Shown one piece after another: positions 7,875 through 17,675 of a DNA stretch of 40,807 bases. This stretch comes from a virus. Lineage: Duplodnaviria; Heunggongvirae; Uroviricota; Caudoviricetes. The stretch's first letter is position 1, and each line of letters begins with the position of its first letter. The stretch lies in the IMG/VR virus record IMGVR_UViG_3300050821_010761, positions 1 through 40,807 of that record; one strand, written 5' to 3'. The notes under the pieces were generated by a model. The model did not search any database. It saw only the letters and a list, made by a program, of their open reading frames with translations, and was not told the origin of the DNA. Position numbers and translations under genes: made by a program.

Positions 7875-10514
7875 ATGGGTTTTGATACTCTAAGTGACCA
7901 GAACAACAACCTTATTGACCCAAGCGTCAATAATGTAATCCCAGCTTCTAGCCTTTCTTCTTTACTAGGAACTCCTGGCGTTAATGCCGCCAGAAATACC
8001 CCTCTGGCGTGGCAATCAAGTTCTATTACTAGTCCTTTTTTTCAATTCATTAATATTGATCCGACTAGATGGAATCAGCTATATCCATATCGTTTGTTGG
8101 TTATTGATGTCACGAATAATAATCTGGTCGTCAATGGCGGCAAACCATCTGATTTAGCGATCAATGTTACTAAGGGTAACGGCACAACTACTGTGATTGA
8201 TTATCAAGGTTTTGGTGCTCAATGGGCATTTGAATTGCCGATCACGCCCCAACAATTGACTATTCAGGATATGTTTTCTATTAGCACTTCTGCTACACTC
8301 AGAGGAGTCATAGAAGAACACAACGGCGTAAAATTCAAGATGATAAATGCTGCAGGAACGATGGGCATCTGGCCTGGTCGGGGAAGCGTAGTTGCTCCTC
8401 CAACTAGTCCATCAATTCTGCAGTCAGTATTCGGCGGCACTCTAGAAGCGTTTGGTAATTTGGCAAATCAGGTGCAGGCTACCATCAATGTCGCCACTGG
8501 TAAATCAGCCGCTCCCAAACCAATCACTCCGCTTCCAGAAACGTCCACGAATGGATTAGTTAGCACTGGTTATTATTCCGCAATGAAACTTCAGCAATTT
8601 CTTGAGCAGTATGCTGAAGCAAAAAAGAATCCTGCTAATGCTGGATGGCGATTAGTATTTGATATACCAAAACAGAATCAGTCTTATATCGTTACGCCGA
8701 TGCAGTTTAATTGGCAACAATCTCAAGCTAAAAGTATGGAGATCTTGTATTCTTTCCAGCTTAAAGCGTGGAGACGAATCGATCTACAAAACGTACCATT
8801 TGTTGCCGAGCCTGGAGTTTCTCCATTAACTCCTGGAATCCTACAGAGAGTGTTAAATACACTCTACCAAGCTCAAGTTACGGTTGCTGCAGCAACCAAT
8901 TTGATTGGGGCAGTAAAAAGTGACGTTGAGGCTCCTATCACCGCATTGCAGCAGACTACTTTGTTGGTGAAAGGTATCGCTGGTGCGGTAATTACAGCTG
9001 CAGATCTTCCACAACAATTAATAAGTGATTATAAAAGTGCTATCGGTAATGCCTTAAATGCATTAAGTCTAAACAGTTTGACTGGTCAAGCTAATAATAA
9101 TCCAACGGTTACTACTTCTTTGAAGAATTTACAGAAAAGCTATCAACAAACCGAAGGTTTGAGTATTACGGCTGTAGGCAATGGACAATTAGGAACTACG
9201 TCTTCTCAGAGTCAGCCATCTAATCCTGCTTTGAATATTTTTAGTCAACCAGCTGTTAATTTTCTATTGTTCGATCAAGTACCAGTTAACAGTCTGGTAT
9301 TAACTACCGCGCAACAAGCGGCTGTACAAACTGCTATTAACAACGCAAATGCCCTGACTGTGGCAGATTTGAAAGGTTTCAGAGCCACCATACAAACTTT
9401 GGCCTTACAGCTTTCCAACAACTTTGGAACGGGAGACGCATTCGTTAGCACTGTCTATAATCTTCCAGCGCCCATTACTCGCGTTACTCCAATTTCAATC
9501 ACCAACTATGAAATCTTAGACGCCCTATACGATACTATGTTGGCCTATGATTTATTGACTGCATCAACTCAGATTGACGATAATACCACGCAAACAAATA
9601 TGGAATACGTTGCTGGATTGGCTGCCACGTCTGGTATTGAATTTACTGTACCCAACAGCAAAATTATTGTACCAGTTCCTTTTGGTTTAACGGTTGAAGG
9701 AATTGCCTCCAGATATCTTGGTGATCCACAAAGATGGATTGAAATTGTTACATTAAATAATTTAAAAGAACCGTATATCGACGAAAACGGATTTCAGCTT
9801 CCTTTATTATCAAATGCGAACGGAAATTATGTGACTGTTTCGAGTGCAACGAATTTATTCTTAGGTCAAGCTGTAACCCTTTTAGGTATTGGACAAACGC
9901 CTTCTGCTCGGCTGATCTTAGATATTGATCAACTTTCTGCCACTAGCGTTTTATTAACATTAGATGGCCTGCCAAATTTAGACAATTTTACGACTGCAAA
10001 TGCCGCTTATGTACAGGCTTATTTGCCTGGGACAGTGAATAGTCAGCAAAAAATTTACATTCCCAGTGCCCTTCCAGTGCCAGATGTGCCAAATGTAGTA
10101 GTGCCTCCCATAGCTTCTGCCGATCCTCTAAGCGGCCTTAGTGAAGTAGATCTTTTGCTGACGGATTCTGGCGATATAGCTATCAATGTTTTTGGTGACT
10201 TCCGTTATTCCTATGGAATGACAAACGTGATTCAGGCTTTGAGAATCAAATTTGGTAGTGTTCAGGGAACCATACTAACGCACCCAGAGTTTGGTCTTGG
10301 CGTCCGACCTGGAACTATCAACTCAGATTTACAGGTTCAGGATTTGTATAATTCTATCAGCCAATTGATCGCTGCGGATAGTAGATTCGCTGGTATATCG
10401 AGTTTACAGATAGTTTTGGATGGTCCCACACTTACTATTAACCTTGGAGTAGTCCTAGCTGGTACTAATGGGGTATTCCCCCTTTCTTTCACTCTTAATC
10501 CTGCTGTAAGCTAA
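7875..10514 (+). CDS. Multidomain baseplate protein (tube-initiator-like N-terminus, LysM-like domain, C-terminal gp25/XkdS-like domain)
   Basis: 'TVEGIASRYLGDPQRWIEIVTLNNL' is LysM/gp53-like. 'DLLLTDSGDI...QALRIKF...GTILTHPEFGLG...AADSRFAGI' is gp25/GPW-like. 'FELPITPQQLTI...EEHNG' resembles tube initiators. Lies upstream of baseplate J. Confidence 0.65.
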   Translation: MGFDTLSDQNNNLIDPSVNNVIPASSLSSLLGTPGVNAARNTPLAWQSSSITSPFFQFINIDPTRWNQLYPYRLLVIDVTNNNLVVNGGKPSDLAINVTKGNGTTTVIDYQGFGAQWAFELPITPQQLTIQDMFSISTSATLRGVIEEHNGVKFKMINAAGTMGIWPGRGSVVAPPTSPSILQSVFGGTLEAFGNLANQVQATINVATGKSAAPKPITPLPETSTNGLVSTGYYSAMKLQQFLEQYAEAKKNPANAGWRLVFDIPKQNQSYIVTPMQFNWQQSQAKSMEILYSFQLKAWRRIDLQNVPFVAEPGVSPLTPGILQRVLNTLYQAQVTVAAATNLIGAVKSDVEAPITALQQTTLLVKGIAGAVITAADLPQQLISDYKSAIGNALNALSLNSLTGQANNNPTVTTSLKNLQKSYQQTEGLSITAVGNGQLGTTSSQSQPSNPALNIFSQPAVNFLLFDQVPVNSLVLTTAQQAAVQTAINNANALTVADLKGFRATIQTLALQLSNNFGTGDAFVSTVYNLPAPITRVTPISITNYEILDALYDTMLAYDLLTASTQIDDNTTQTNMEYVAGLAATSGIEFTVPNSKIIVPVPFGLTVEGIASRYLGDPQRWIEIVTLNNLKEPYIDENGFQLPLLSNANGNYVTVSSATNLFLGQAVTLLGIGQTPSARLILDIDQLSATSVLLTLDGLPNLDNFTTANAAYVQAYLPGTVNSQQKIYIPSALPVPDVPNVVVPPIASADPLSGLSEVDLLLTDSGDIAINVFGDFRYSYGMTNVIQALRIKFGSVQGTILTHPEFGLGVRPGTINSDLQVQDLYNSISQLIAADSRFAGISSLQIVLDGPTLTINLGVVLAGTNGVFPLSFTLNPAVS

Positions 10515-10539
10515 CGTGATAGACACATGAAAACAATAG

Positions 10540-10550
10540 GAATCTTTAAG
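10540..10550 (+). promoter_or_regulatory. Candidate late-promoter motif GAATCTTTAAG
   Basis: AATCTT core begins 27 nt before the ATG at 10568, with a GGAG RBS in between. The same core recurs upstream of other structural genes. Confidence 0.45.
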
Positions 10551-10567
10551 GTTACACGGAGTCAATA

Positions 10568-13500
10568 ATGCCATCGAGCAACGTTCCACAGCCAGAATCA
10601 TATGAGCAGTTGCTAGGCGATGCCCTATCGAGCTACGCTGCAGCAGTAGGAATCTCAGACTTCAATGTAGGAAGTGCGGTTACGTCATTTTTCGAGGTTT
10701 GTGCGTTAATGACCGCTCGATCTAGCGGCGATATATTCCAGATCTTGACCGATTATAGCGTTATTAGAGCGACTGGTTCAGCTCTACAACTGTTGGCTAC
10801 AGAAAATGGCATCACGCCGATCACCGCCACGCCAGCAACTGGTTATGTAACTATTACCGATTTAAGTTTTAATGTAATTTCTACACAAGTTTACGCTGGA
10901 ACCCCTTCTCCAAATATTGGCTCAACTACCATCAATGTCGGTAATGCATCGTTGTTTCCTTCAACTGGATCAGTTTATATCGGTCGTGGAACTCCCAATG
11001 TCGAAGGGCCGATTTCTTATGGCGGAGTATCAATTGCTTTGATTGGAAGTACGATGACTTCATCTAACGTCATTACTGGCATTCCTTCCACTGCGAATTT
11101 GTTAGTTGGTTATCCCATTTTCTCTCCGAACAACGCAGGTCTAATTCCAGCTGGTGCAGTTATTACGTCCATCGATTCTGCGACACAAATACATATCAGT
11201 TTACCAGCTACTGGAATGGTGGTTGGCGCCTCATTGACTTACCAAACTCCTCCTGTGCAAACTGGTAATTTCTGGACAATCACTCTTAATGCCGCAACAG
11301 TAAAATATCATAACGTAGGTGAGACTGTAGTACTAGCTCAAGGTGGAAACAGATCCATCCCCGTAAATACCATTGTTGTAGCTCCAGCAATAGGCGGAAA
11401 TCCAAATATTCAATATGCAGTAACAACTTCCGCTATTATTTTGGATGGTCAAACAACGGTCTCCAATGTTCCAGTCACAGCCCAATTAGCTGGCTCTTCT
11501 GGTAACGTTCCAGCTGGTACTATCAATAGTTTTGCTGCCAATCCTCCAGGTTTACCAAATGCATCGGTAACTAATCCTTTATCATTTTCCACTGGTCAAG
11601 ATAACGAGACTGATAATTCTCTAAGAACCAGAATCATGGCGAAACTGTCATCTATCGGTCTTGGTACGGCTTACGCAGTAGAAAGTGGAGTCATTGGAGC
11701 ACAAGCTTCAGATGAACCAGGCGCAACATTGGTCAGCGACGATCTATTGATCACTTCATATGGTTCTATTTTGTATATTGATGATGGAACTGGTTATGAA
11801 GCTAAATTTGCTGGTGTTGGCTTAGAATCTATCGTTAGTAGCGCAATCGGCGGCGAACAGTATTTCCAACTCGTCACTGGTGGACGCCAAGCCCCTGTAG
11901 CAAAAGCTTTCTTGATCAGCACCTTAGGCGCGCCATTCGCTCTGACTGGCGGTGATAGCCTTGCTGTGGTAGTTGGTGGAACTACTTATCAACATAATTT
12001 TGCTACTTCTGATTTTCGAACACCAAACAGCGCAACGGCATATGAAGTTGCAGCCAGCATAAATGCTGATACGGCACTTGGGTTTTCTGCCACAACCTCT
12101 GGTGGAGGCACCTATGTTGTAATTTCTGGAAAAGCAGAAGGCCACGATAATATCCAGACAACTACTCCTATTACCGAGGGAAGGAATGCCGCAGTACAGC
12201 TAGGATTTCCTTCTAGTCAATATCAGACTCTGCGTCTATATTTGAATAATATTCCATTGACAGAAGATGGTAACACCGCCACTGTTTCCACTACCGATCA
12301 AGCTCTTTGGTCCGCGTCCATAACGAATGGCGATACGCTTGTTTTGTCGGTTGACGATACTGCCGCGATCACTTACACTTTCTTGGATTCAGATTTCATT
12401 GCAACTGGCCTTTATACTAGCGTCTCCTCCATCAATTCTTTGGCTTCATGGGTCGAAGTATTTAATAACAAATTAACGGGCATTACTGCACAGATCGTTG
12501 GATCACAAATCGCTATCACCAGTAACTTATTAGCTAGTAATCGCGCATCCGTAGTAATAGAGCCGTCTTCCACTCTAGTTACGAAGGGAATGTTTGCTAC
12601 TTCGGTTGGATTGAGTTCTCAAGGTGCGGCTTCCGATTATACCTTAGATCGTAATACTGCTCAATTCCAATTAGTTACTCCTCTCAAAGCTGGTGATCAA
12701 TTATCGGCTGGCAGTACTGAAACTCAAGCTAGATTAGAAAGTACGGAAATTTCTGGTGGATCGATCACTTTTACTGGTCCTGGATACATGTGGTTATTGA
12801 TCGATAACCCTGGTACGATAATTCAAACGGGCATTTTCCCAAATACTCTTTTGGGAGTATCTAAACCTTCTACCGACGTAATCAGATACAGTACCGATGT
12901 GGCCAATGCTTTTAATAATGTACAACCTGGAGACTATTTGATTGTATGGTCTACAGATCTCGTGTCAGCTAATAGATTAGAAGGTCACGTTCATGCTGTT
13001 ACCAATACTACTTTGGATGTAGTCGTAACTCCAGCCGAATATGCGGCTGCTGTACCAACCAGCGGAGTTACATTTACGCAAGGTTTTGTAGTTTTAAGAA
13101 GTTCTAGGGTTCCGCAGAAATTTGAGGTTACTGGACTTCCACAGCCATCTTTTCCAGCCACTCTTACTTTAGATCAAATTGCCGCAGCAATGCAAGCTCA
13201 GACTAATAGTTTGAATTTCAGTGTTCAATTGGAAGAGTTTCTAATCATGGCTACGAATAGCAATGATCCTACTAAGGGAGAGCTGTTAGTCGTGACCGCA
13301 GATTCCCAAGGACAATTACTAGGTTTCCCAGCTGGATCGACAGATACTACCACAGATTCTTTGATTGCTTTTTATGATAGCCAAGAATATGATGCACAAT
13401 TACCGTTGTTCGTTCATTCTACAATCTCCACTGGAACTGTGGCATATCCGCCAGATACCTATATCCAATCATTTGCTTCTAGTACAGATTTGACTGGAAG

Positions 13501-16500
13501 AAATCCGAACGAATTGATCTCGTTCCTGGAACCGTATGGCATACCAGATGCGCTCACCACTACTGGTAACATCGTCGCTTTGAGCAATCAGTTGACCAGT
13601 TTAGCATCAGTATCTGGCATATCATTTGGACAATTTATTGTTGGTAATGGTATACCAGTGGACACTACGGTATTATCCATTTCTGGTACTACGGTTACGA
13701 TGTCAAATAATGCAACGACTAATACGACTGGTGTCACAGTTACCTTTAATACTCTTGCTCCAGACGATCAAGCGTATGGCGAATATATTCAAGAATCGTA
13801 TCCGCCTCCGACTACGACCGTTAATATTTCTTATCCAGATTTATCTTCGAATTCTGATTTATTCGTTTCGAGGGATATTCGACGCTTACGAGGCACTGAC
13901 GGTCCAGTTCCCGATCGTTATTTTATCGCTAATCCACTTGATTTTGGCCCGACCGATACGATGGTCATAGTTTTAGATAACAATCCAAGTCTCGAAACGT
14001 TTGATGTGCCTTTATACAGACCAGCAACCACCAATACGACATTGGCAAATAACGCAACTACATTTAATGCATACGATACTGCTGCTGGACCTACAGCTAG
14101 TTTCGCAACAGATTTTGGCTCGACGTTTGACTTTTCCAATTTCAAGGTACTAATGAAAGCTAAGAGAGTGCTACTGGGTGGAACTCTTGGTAACCAGACC
14201 TCCTTATTATATCGATCGGCTGAATGGGGCACAAGTGGTACATACGTAAATGTTGGATACGTTTATCCTTCTGCTCCTAATTTACCAATAGGCAGCGTAG
14301 TAACTGTTAATGATATAACGACGATTTTAATTAGTTTGCAGAGTGGTGCTGCTATTTCGAGTGCAATCAATGCAAGTACGGAATGGAATATAACGGTCAC
14401 AGAAAATACGCCATCAGCTGGTATTGAACAAGTGACATACACTTGGAATGGAACGGGAACTGCTCCAGCTTTGACACTGAGTGGTGGCGAATACGTGAAC
14501 ATTACTACTGGTACAGAATTCGACGTCGCTAACACTGGTATATTTAGAGTTTCTACTGCAACTGGATTTACTCCAACTGCAACCTCCTTTAGTGTTCAGA
14601 TGGCTAATGGCACTGGCGTTGCGCAGACTAATGCCGCCACGAATATAAATGGCGCGATTACTTTCTATGCTTCTAATGCAACTACTGCTGCAGCTATCGC
14701 CGCTTATGTAAATTCCAGTCTTTCTCAGTATTTGACAGCTACTATCGTTAATGACGGTGGTACGACTGGTTCTGGTGTCGTAGTGTATAGCACTGCTGAA
14801 AATAGCAGTTTCGCTTATTCAACTGTTCAACTGATGGACGGCATCAACTGGATCGCTTATAACAATTTGACTGGATCTCCCCAGTTCGTTCTAAAGAAAT
14901 CGTTAGCTTATCCGTCTGACACTGGTTATGCATTTAACAATGGTGAACCTTTGATATTAAGTCCTACGACTATGGATCAGGTAAATAGATTCATCTCTAC
15001 TTTAGCTGTTAGTGGATTTACCACAGAAGGATCGGTATCTGTTGTTGATAGGGGAACCACCCTTGAACTAGCCACCCAAACCCTTGGCAGTGCTGGCGCC
15101 GTTCAGATTTTGGGCGGCCTTGGTAATGAATACGAAACACCAGTTTTGGGTTCCGCCACCAGAGTAAATAATTCATTGATGAATATAACTGTCAATAGTG
15201 TTGCTGGTCAAGGCATCAACAGCGATCAGTGGTTTAGATTACAAGCTACTAGCGCTCAAGCGAAAGAAACGCTGGTATCATCTAATACCAGCGTTACGAT
15301 AATTCCAAATTCCCCAATTGTCGGTCAATCTACTATTCAATTACTTAATCAAGAACTCAACCAACGATATTTTGGTAAACCAAGAAATAACGTCAGAGTT
15401 CAAGGGGACACTTTCAGGATAGAAAAACAGGGATCATTAGCATGTTTAAGTTGGAATCCGAACAGTGGAAGTAGTCCAATGTTCGAAACCAACGTCAATT
15501 TCAATGCTTCAGGAGGCGGTACACTCAATGTTGCTCCTGTTACTGGCTTACCAGATGAATTGCAGTATATCATATTGACTGGTGCGGCTAATTTTACGGA
15601 ACTTTCCATAAATGATCTTGTGACGATATCTGGAATGCCAAATCCCGTAAATAACGGTACGTTCCTGGTTACTGGAGTTTCCAGCAATGGAACAATTCTT
15701 CAAGTATTGAACCCTAATGGCGAAGCTGAATATTCTTCTGGCACTTTTACATTTACTGGACCGACGACTTCTGGAGATCAATTCGTAATTGGTGCCACTA
15801 CTTTGGTGGCTGGAACTAATTTTGCTATCGGCGGTACTGCTGGTCAAACAGCCGCAAACTTCTCTGCTGCTGCTGGAACCGTACCTGGAGTGACTTCTTC
15901 AGTTAGTGGCGATGTAGTTACTATTACCGCCACTTCACCGAGTGCCTCAATTGCTATTTCTACTAATTCTTCTGAAGCTACTGCAAGCGGCGCATCTTTG
16001 ACTGGTGCTCCGTATACTGGAAGTACTTTTTCAGCGACAATTGGAGTCACAGAAGGCGACACCGTTATTATTGGTGCCCCATTTAATGTACTTAATCAGG
16101 GTCAATTTAGAGTTATTCGAGAATACAATAACAGTATTTGGTTTGAAAACTCTAATATGGTTCAAGAAGAAGTAACGCTACCGTATAATCCAGTGGCGAT
16201 CACTTTTGATAATACTACCTCTTTTAACGTTAATGCGAGCGGAAATTCTTTCTACTTAAGTTGGAATTATGGAGTTGGCACACAGCCACAACTAGGATTT
16301 GCGCAAGTTGGTGATATCATCACGCTTTCTGGATCAGAATGGTCTGCTGGAAATCGAGGCAGTTTCATGATCACCAATTCTGGTACGGCTCTCCAGCAAA
16401 TCACTTCCTTCAATATGCCATCTGGACTTCAATTCGCTTCTAGCGGTCCAGGACAATACTTCCGATTATATAATGCTGGAAATATCAGTCCTTCGCCATA

Positions 16501-17674
16501 CTACGTATGGTTTAATGTGACTGGAGGTTCCAATACGGATCCAGCTCCTGGTGGCACTGGATTGGAAGTTACTATTACTTCTTCTTTTACTGCTCAACAG
16601 GTTGCCGCAGCTGCAGCCGCAGTCATTTTGGCAGCAAACAGTGGAGCAGATTTCACCACTTCCTCGGCAAATGGAGTATTGACAGTAACTACTACTGGGT
16701 TTGATACAACTATGTCAGCAGTAAATGGTACGATGCCTTCACCTTTTGCTATCACTATTGTACAAACTGGTCAAACCACTTTCTTGGAAGCAATTAATCC
16801 TTCTGCAGTCAGTCAATCGACAGTATTAGTAACGACTCCTTCTACGGATCTATTGCTAAATAGACCTCAAATGGTATTTTATGAGTATGAAGCTACTGTA
16901 CCTGGAGATATTTTAAATCTTACTAGCAGCAATTTCTTAACCGCAAACGTTGGAACGTGGACAATCTTCAAAGTTTTAAACGAATCGGAAGCGATCGTAA
17001 CTGGTACCATGACTGCTGTTTCTAATGTTAGCTTAAATAACATAATATCTTCTTTTTTCATAGCAGAAGGTGTACCTTACTACGGATACAAACATGTGTT
17101 ATTTACTGCTACACAACCTGGTGCACCTACAGATACCCTAGTAACTTTTACTACGAATGCTCAAGTCGATAAGATCGATCAGGCTGGCGGCGTACAGCTT
17201 ACAGCATTGAACAAGTTGAACTATAATACAGTCATAAAATTGGGTATCGATAGCTATAGGTACAATACTGGCTTGATAGCAGAAGCCAATCGTATTATTT
17301 ATGGAGATCCACGGGATAATTTAACTTATCCTGGTATTGGAGCCGCTGGTACGGACATCTTTGTGACTCCGCCCCTTATTTTAAGGATTCAGATTGATCT
17401 GGACATCAGATTAAACACTGGCGTTCCATTTGCACAAACTGCTCAACAGGTTCAGGATTCCGTTTCTTCATTGATTAATGCTAATCCACTTGGTCAATCT
17501 ATATCGATTAGTTCTATCATCAGTGCTGTTCAGGCAATACCAGGTATCATTTCTGTGGCCGTAAGTTTCCCCGCTTTCAGTCCAACGAATGATCTAATTA
17601 CTTTGGTAACTGGGCAAAAGGCATATATCGTCGATCCTACAACTGACATTACAGTCGGCTTAATAGGAAGCTAA
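10568..17674 (+). CDS. Giant baseplate J-like wedge protein (2368 aa) with many inserted beta-rich domains
   Basis: Baseplate-J N-terminal signature (SDFNVGSA...ATGSAL...ATGYVTI; AQLAGSSGNVPAGTI...TGQDNETDNSLRTRI) and J-like C-terminus (NPLGQSISISSIISAVQAIPGI), separated by a long stretch of repeated modules. Confidence 0.8.
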   Translation: MPSSNVPQPESYEQLLGDALSSYAAAVGISDFNVGSAVTSFFEVCALMTARSSGDIFQILTDYSVIRATGSALQLLATENGITPITATPATGYVTITDLSFNVISTQVYAGTPSPNIGSTTINVGNASLFPSTGSVYIGRGTPNVEGPISYGGVSIALIGSTMTSSNVITGIPSTANLLVGYPIFSPNNAGLIPAGAVITSIDSATQIHISLPATGMVVGASLTYQTPPVQTGNFWTITLNAATVKYHNVGETVVLAQGGNRSIPVNTIVVAPAIGGNPNIQYAVTTSAIILDGQTTVSNVPVTAQLAGSSGNVPAGTINSFAANPPGLPNASVTNPLSFSTGQDNETDNSLRTRIMAKLSSIGLGTAYAVESGVIGAQASDEPGATLVSDDLLITSYGSILYIDDGTGYEAKFAGVGLESIVSSAIGGEQYFQLVTGGRQAPVAKAFLISTLGAPFALTGGDSLAVVVGGTTYQHNFATSDFRTPNSATAYEVAASINADTALGFSATTSGGGTYVVISGKAEGHDNIQTTTPITEGRNAAVQLGFPSSQYQTLRLYLNNIPLTEDGNTATVSTTDQALWSASITNGDTLVLSVDDTAAITYTFLDSDFIATGLYTSVSSINSLASWVEVFNNKLTGITAQIVGSQIAITSNLLASNRASVVIEPSSTLVTKGMFATSVGLSSQGAASDYTLDRNTAQFQLVTPLKAGDQLSAGSTETQARLESTEISGGSITFTGPGYMWLLIDNPGTIIQTGIFPNTLLGVSKPSTDVIRYSTDVANAFNNVQPGDYLIVWSTDLVSANRLEGHVHAVTNTTLDVVVTPAEYAAAVPTSGVTFTQGFVVLRSSRVPQKFEVTGLPQPSFPATLTLDQIAAAMQAQTNSLNFSVQLEEFLIMATNSNDPTKGELLVVTADSQGQLLGFPAGSTDTTTDSLIAFYDSQEYDAQLPLFVHSTISTGTVAYPPDTYIQSFASSTDLTGRNPNELISFLEPYGIPDALTTTGNIVALSNQLTSLASVSGISFGQFIVGNGIPVDTTVLSISGTTVTMSNNATTNTTGVTVTFNTLAPDDQAYGEYIQESYPPPTTTVNISYPDLSSNSDLFVSRDIRRLRGTDGPVPDRYFIANPLDFGPTDTMVIVLDNNPSLETFDVPLYRPATTNTTLANNATTFNAYDTAAGPTASFATDFGSTFDFSNFKVLMKAKRVLLGGTLGNQTSLLYRSAEWGTSGTYVNVGYVYPSAPNLPIGSVVTVNDITTILISLQSGAAISSAINASTEWNITVTENTPSAGIEQVTYTWNGTGTAPALTLSGGEYVNITTGTEFDVANTGIFRVSTATGFTPTATSFSVQMANGTGVAQTNAATNINGAITFYASNATTAAAIAAYVNSSLSQYLTATIVNDGGTTGSGVVVYSTAENSSFAYSTVQLMDGINWIAYNNLTGSPQFVLKKSLAYPSDTGYAFNNGEPLILSPTTMDQVNRFISTLAVSGFTTEGSVSVVDRGTTLELATQTLGSAGAVQILGGLGNEYETPVLGSATRVNNSLMNITVNSVAGQGINSDQWFRLQATSAQAKETLVSSNTSVTIIPNSPIVGQSTIQLLNQELNQRYFGKPRNNVRVQGDTFRIEKQGSLACLSWNPNSGSSPMFETNVNFNASGGGTLNVAPVTGLPDELQYIILTGAANFTELSINDLVTISGMPNPVNNGTFLVTGVSSNGTILQVLNPNGEAEYSSGTFTFTGPTTSGDQFVIGATTLVAGTNFAIGGTAGQTAANFSAAAGTVPGVTSSVSGDVVTITATSPSASIAISTNSSEATASGASLTGAPYTGSTFSATIGVTEGDTVIIGAPFNVLNQGQFRVIREYNNSIWFENSNMVQEEVTLPYNPVAITFDNTTSFNVNASGNSFYLSWNYGVGTQPQLGFAQVGDIITLSGSEWSAGNRGSFMITNSGTALQQITSFNMPSGLQFASSGPGQYFRLYNAGNISPSPYYVWFNVTGGSNTDPAPGGTGLEVTITSSFTAQQVAAAAAAVILAANSGADFTTSSANGVLTVTTTGFDTTMSAVNGTMPSPFAITIVQTGQTTFLEAINPSAVSQSTVLVTTPSTDLLLNRPQMVFYEYEATVPGDILNLTSSNFLTANVGTWTIFKVLNESEAIVTGTMTAVSNVSLNNIISSFFIAEGVPYYGYKHVLFTATQPGAPTDTLVTFTTNAQVDKIDQAGGVQLTALNKLNYNTVIKLGIDSYRYNTGLIAEANRIIYGDPRDNLTYPGIGAAGTDIFVTPPLILRIQIDLDIRLNTGVPFAQTAQQVQDSVSSLINANPLGQSISISSIISAVQAIPGIISVAVSFPAFSPTNDLITLVTGQKAYIVDPTTDITVGLIGS

Positions 17675-17675
17675 C

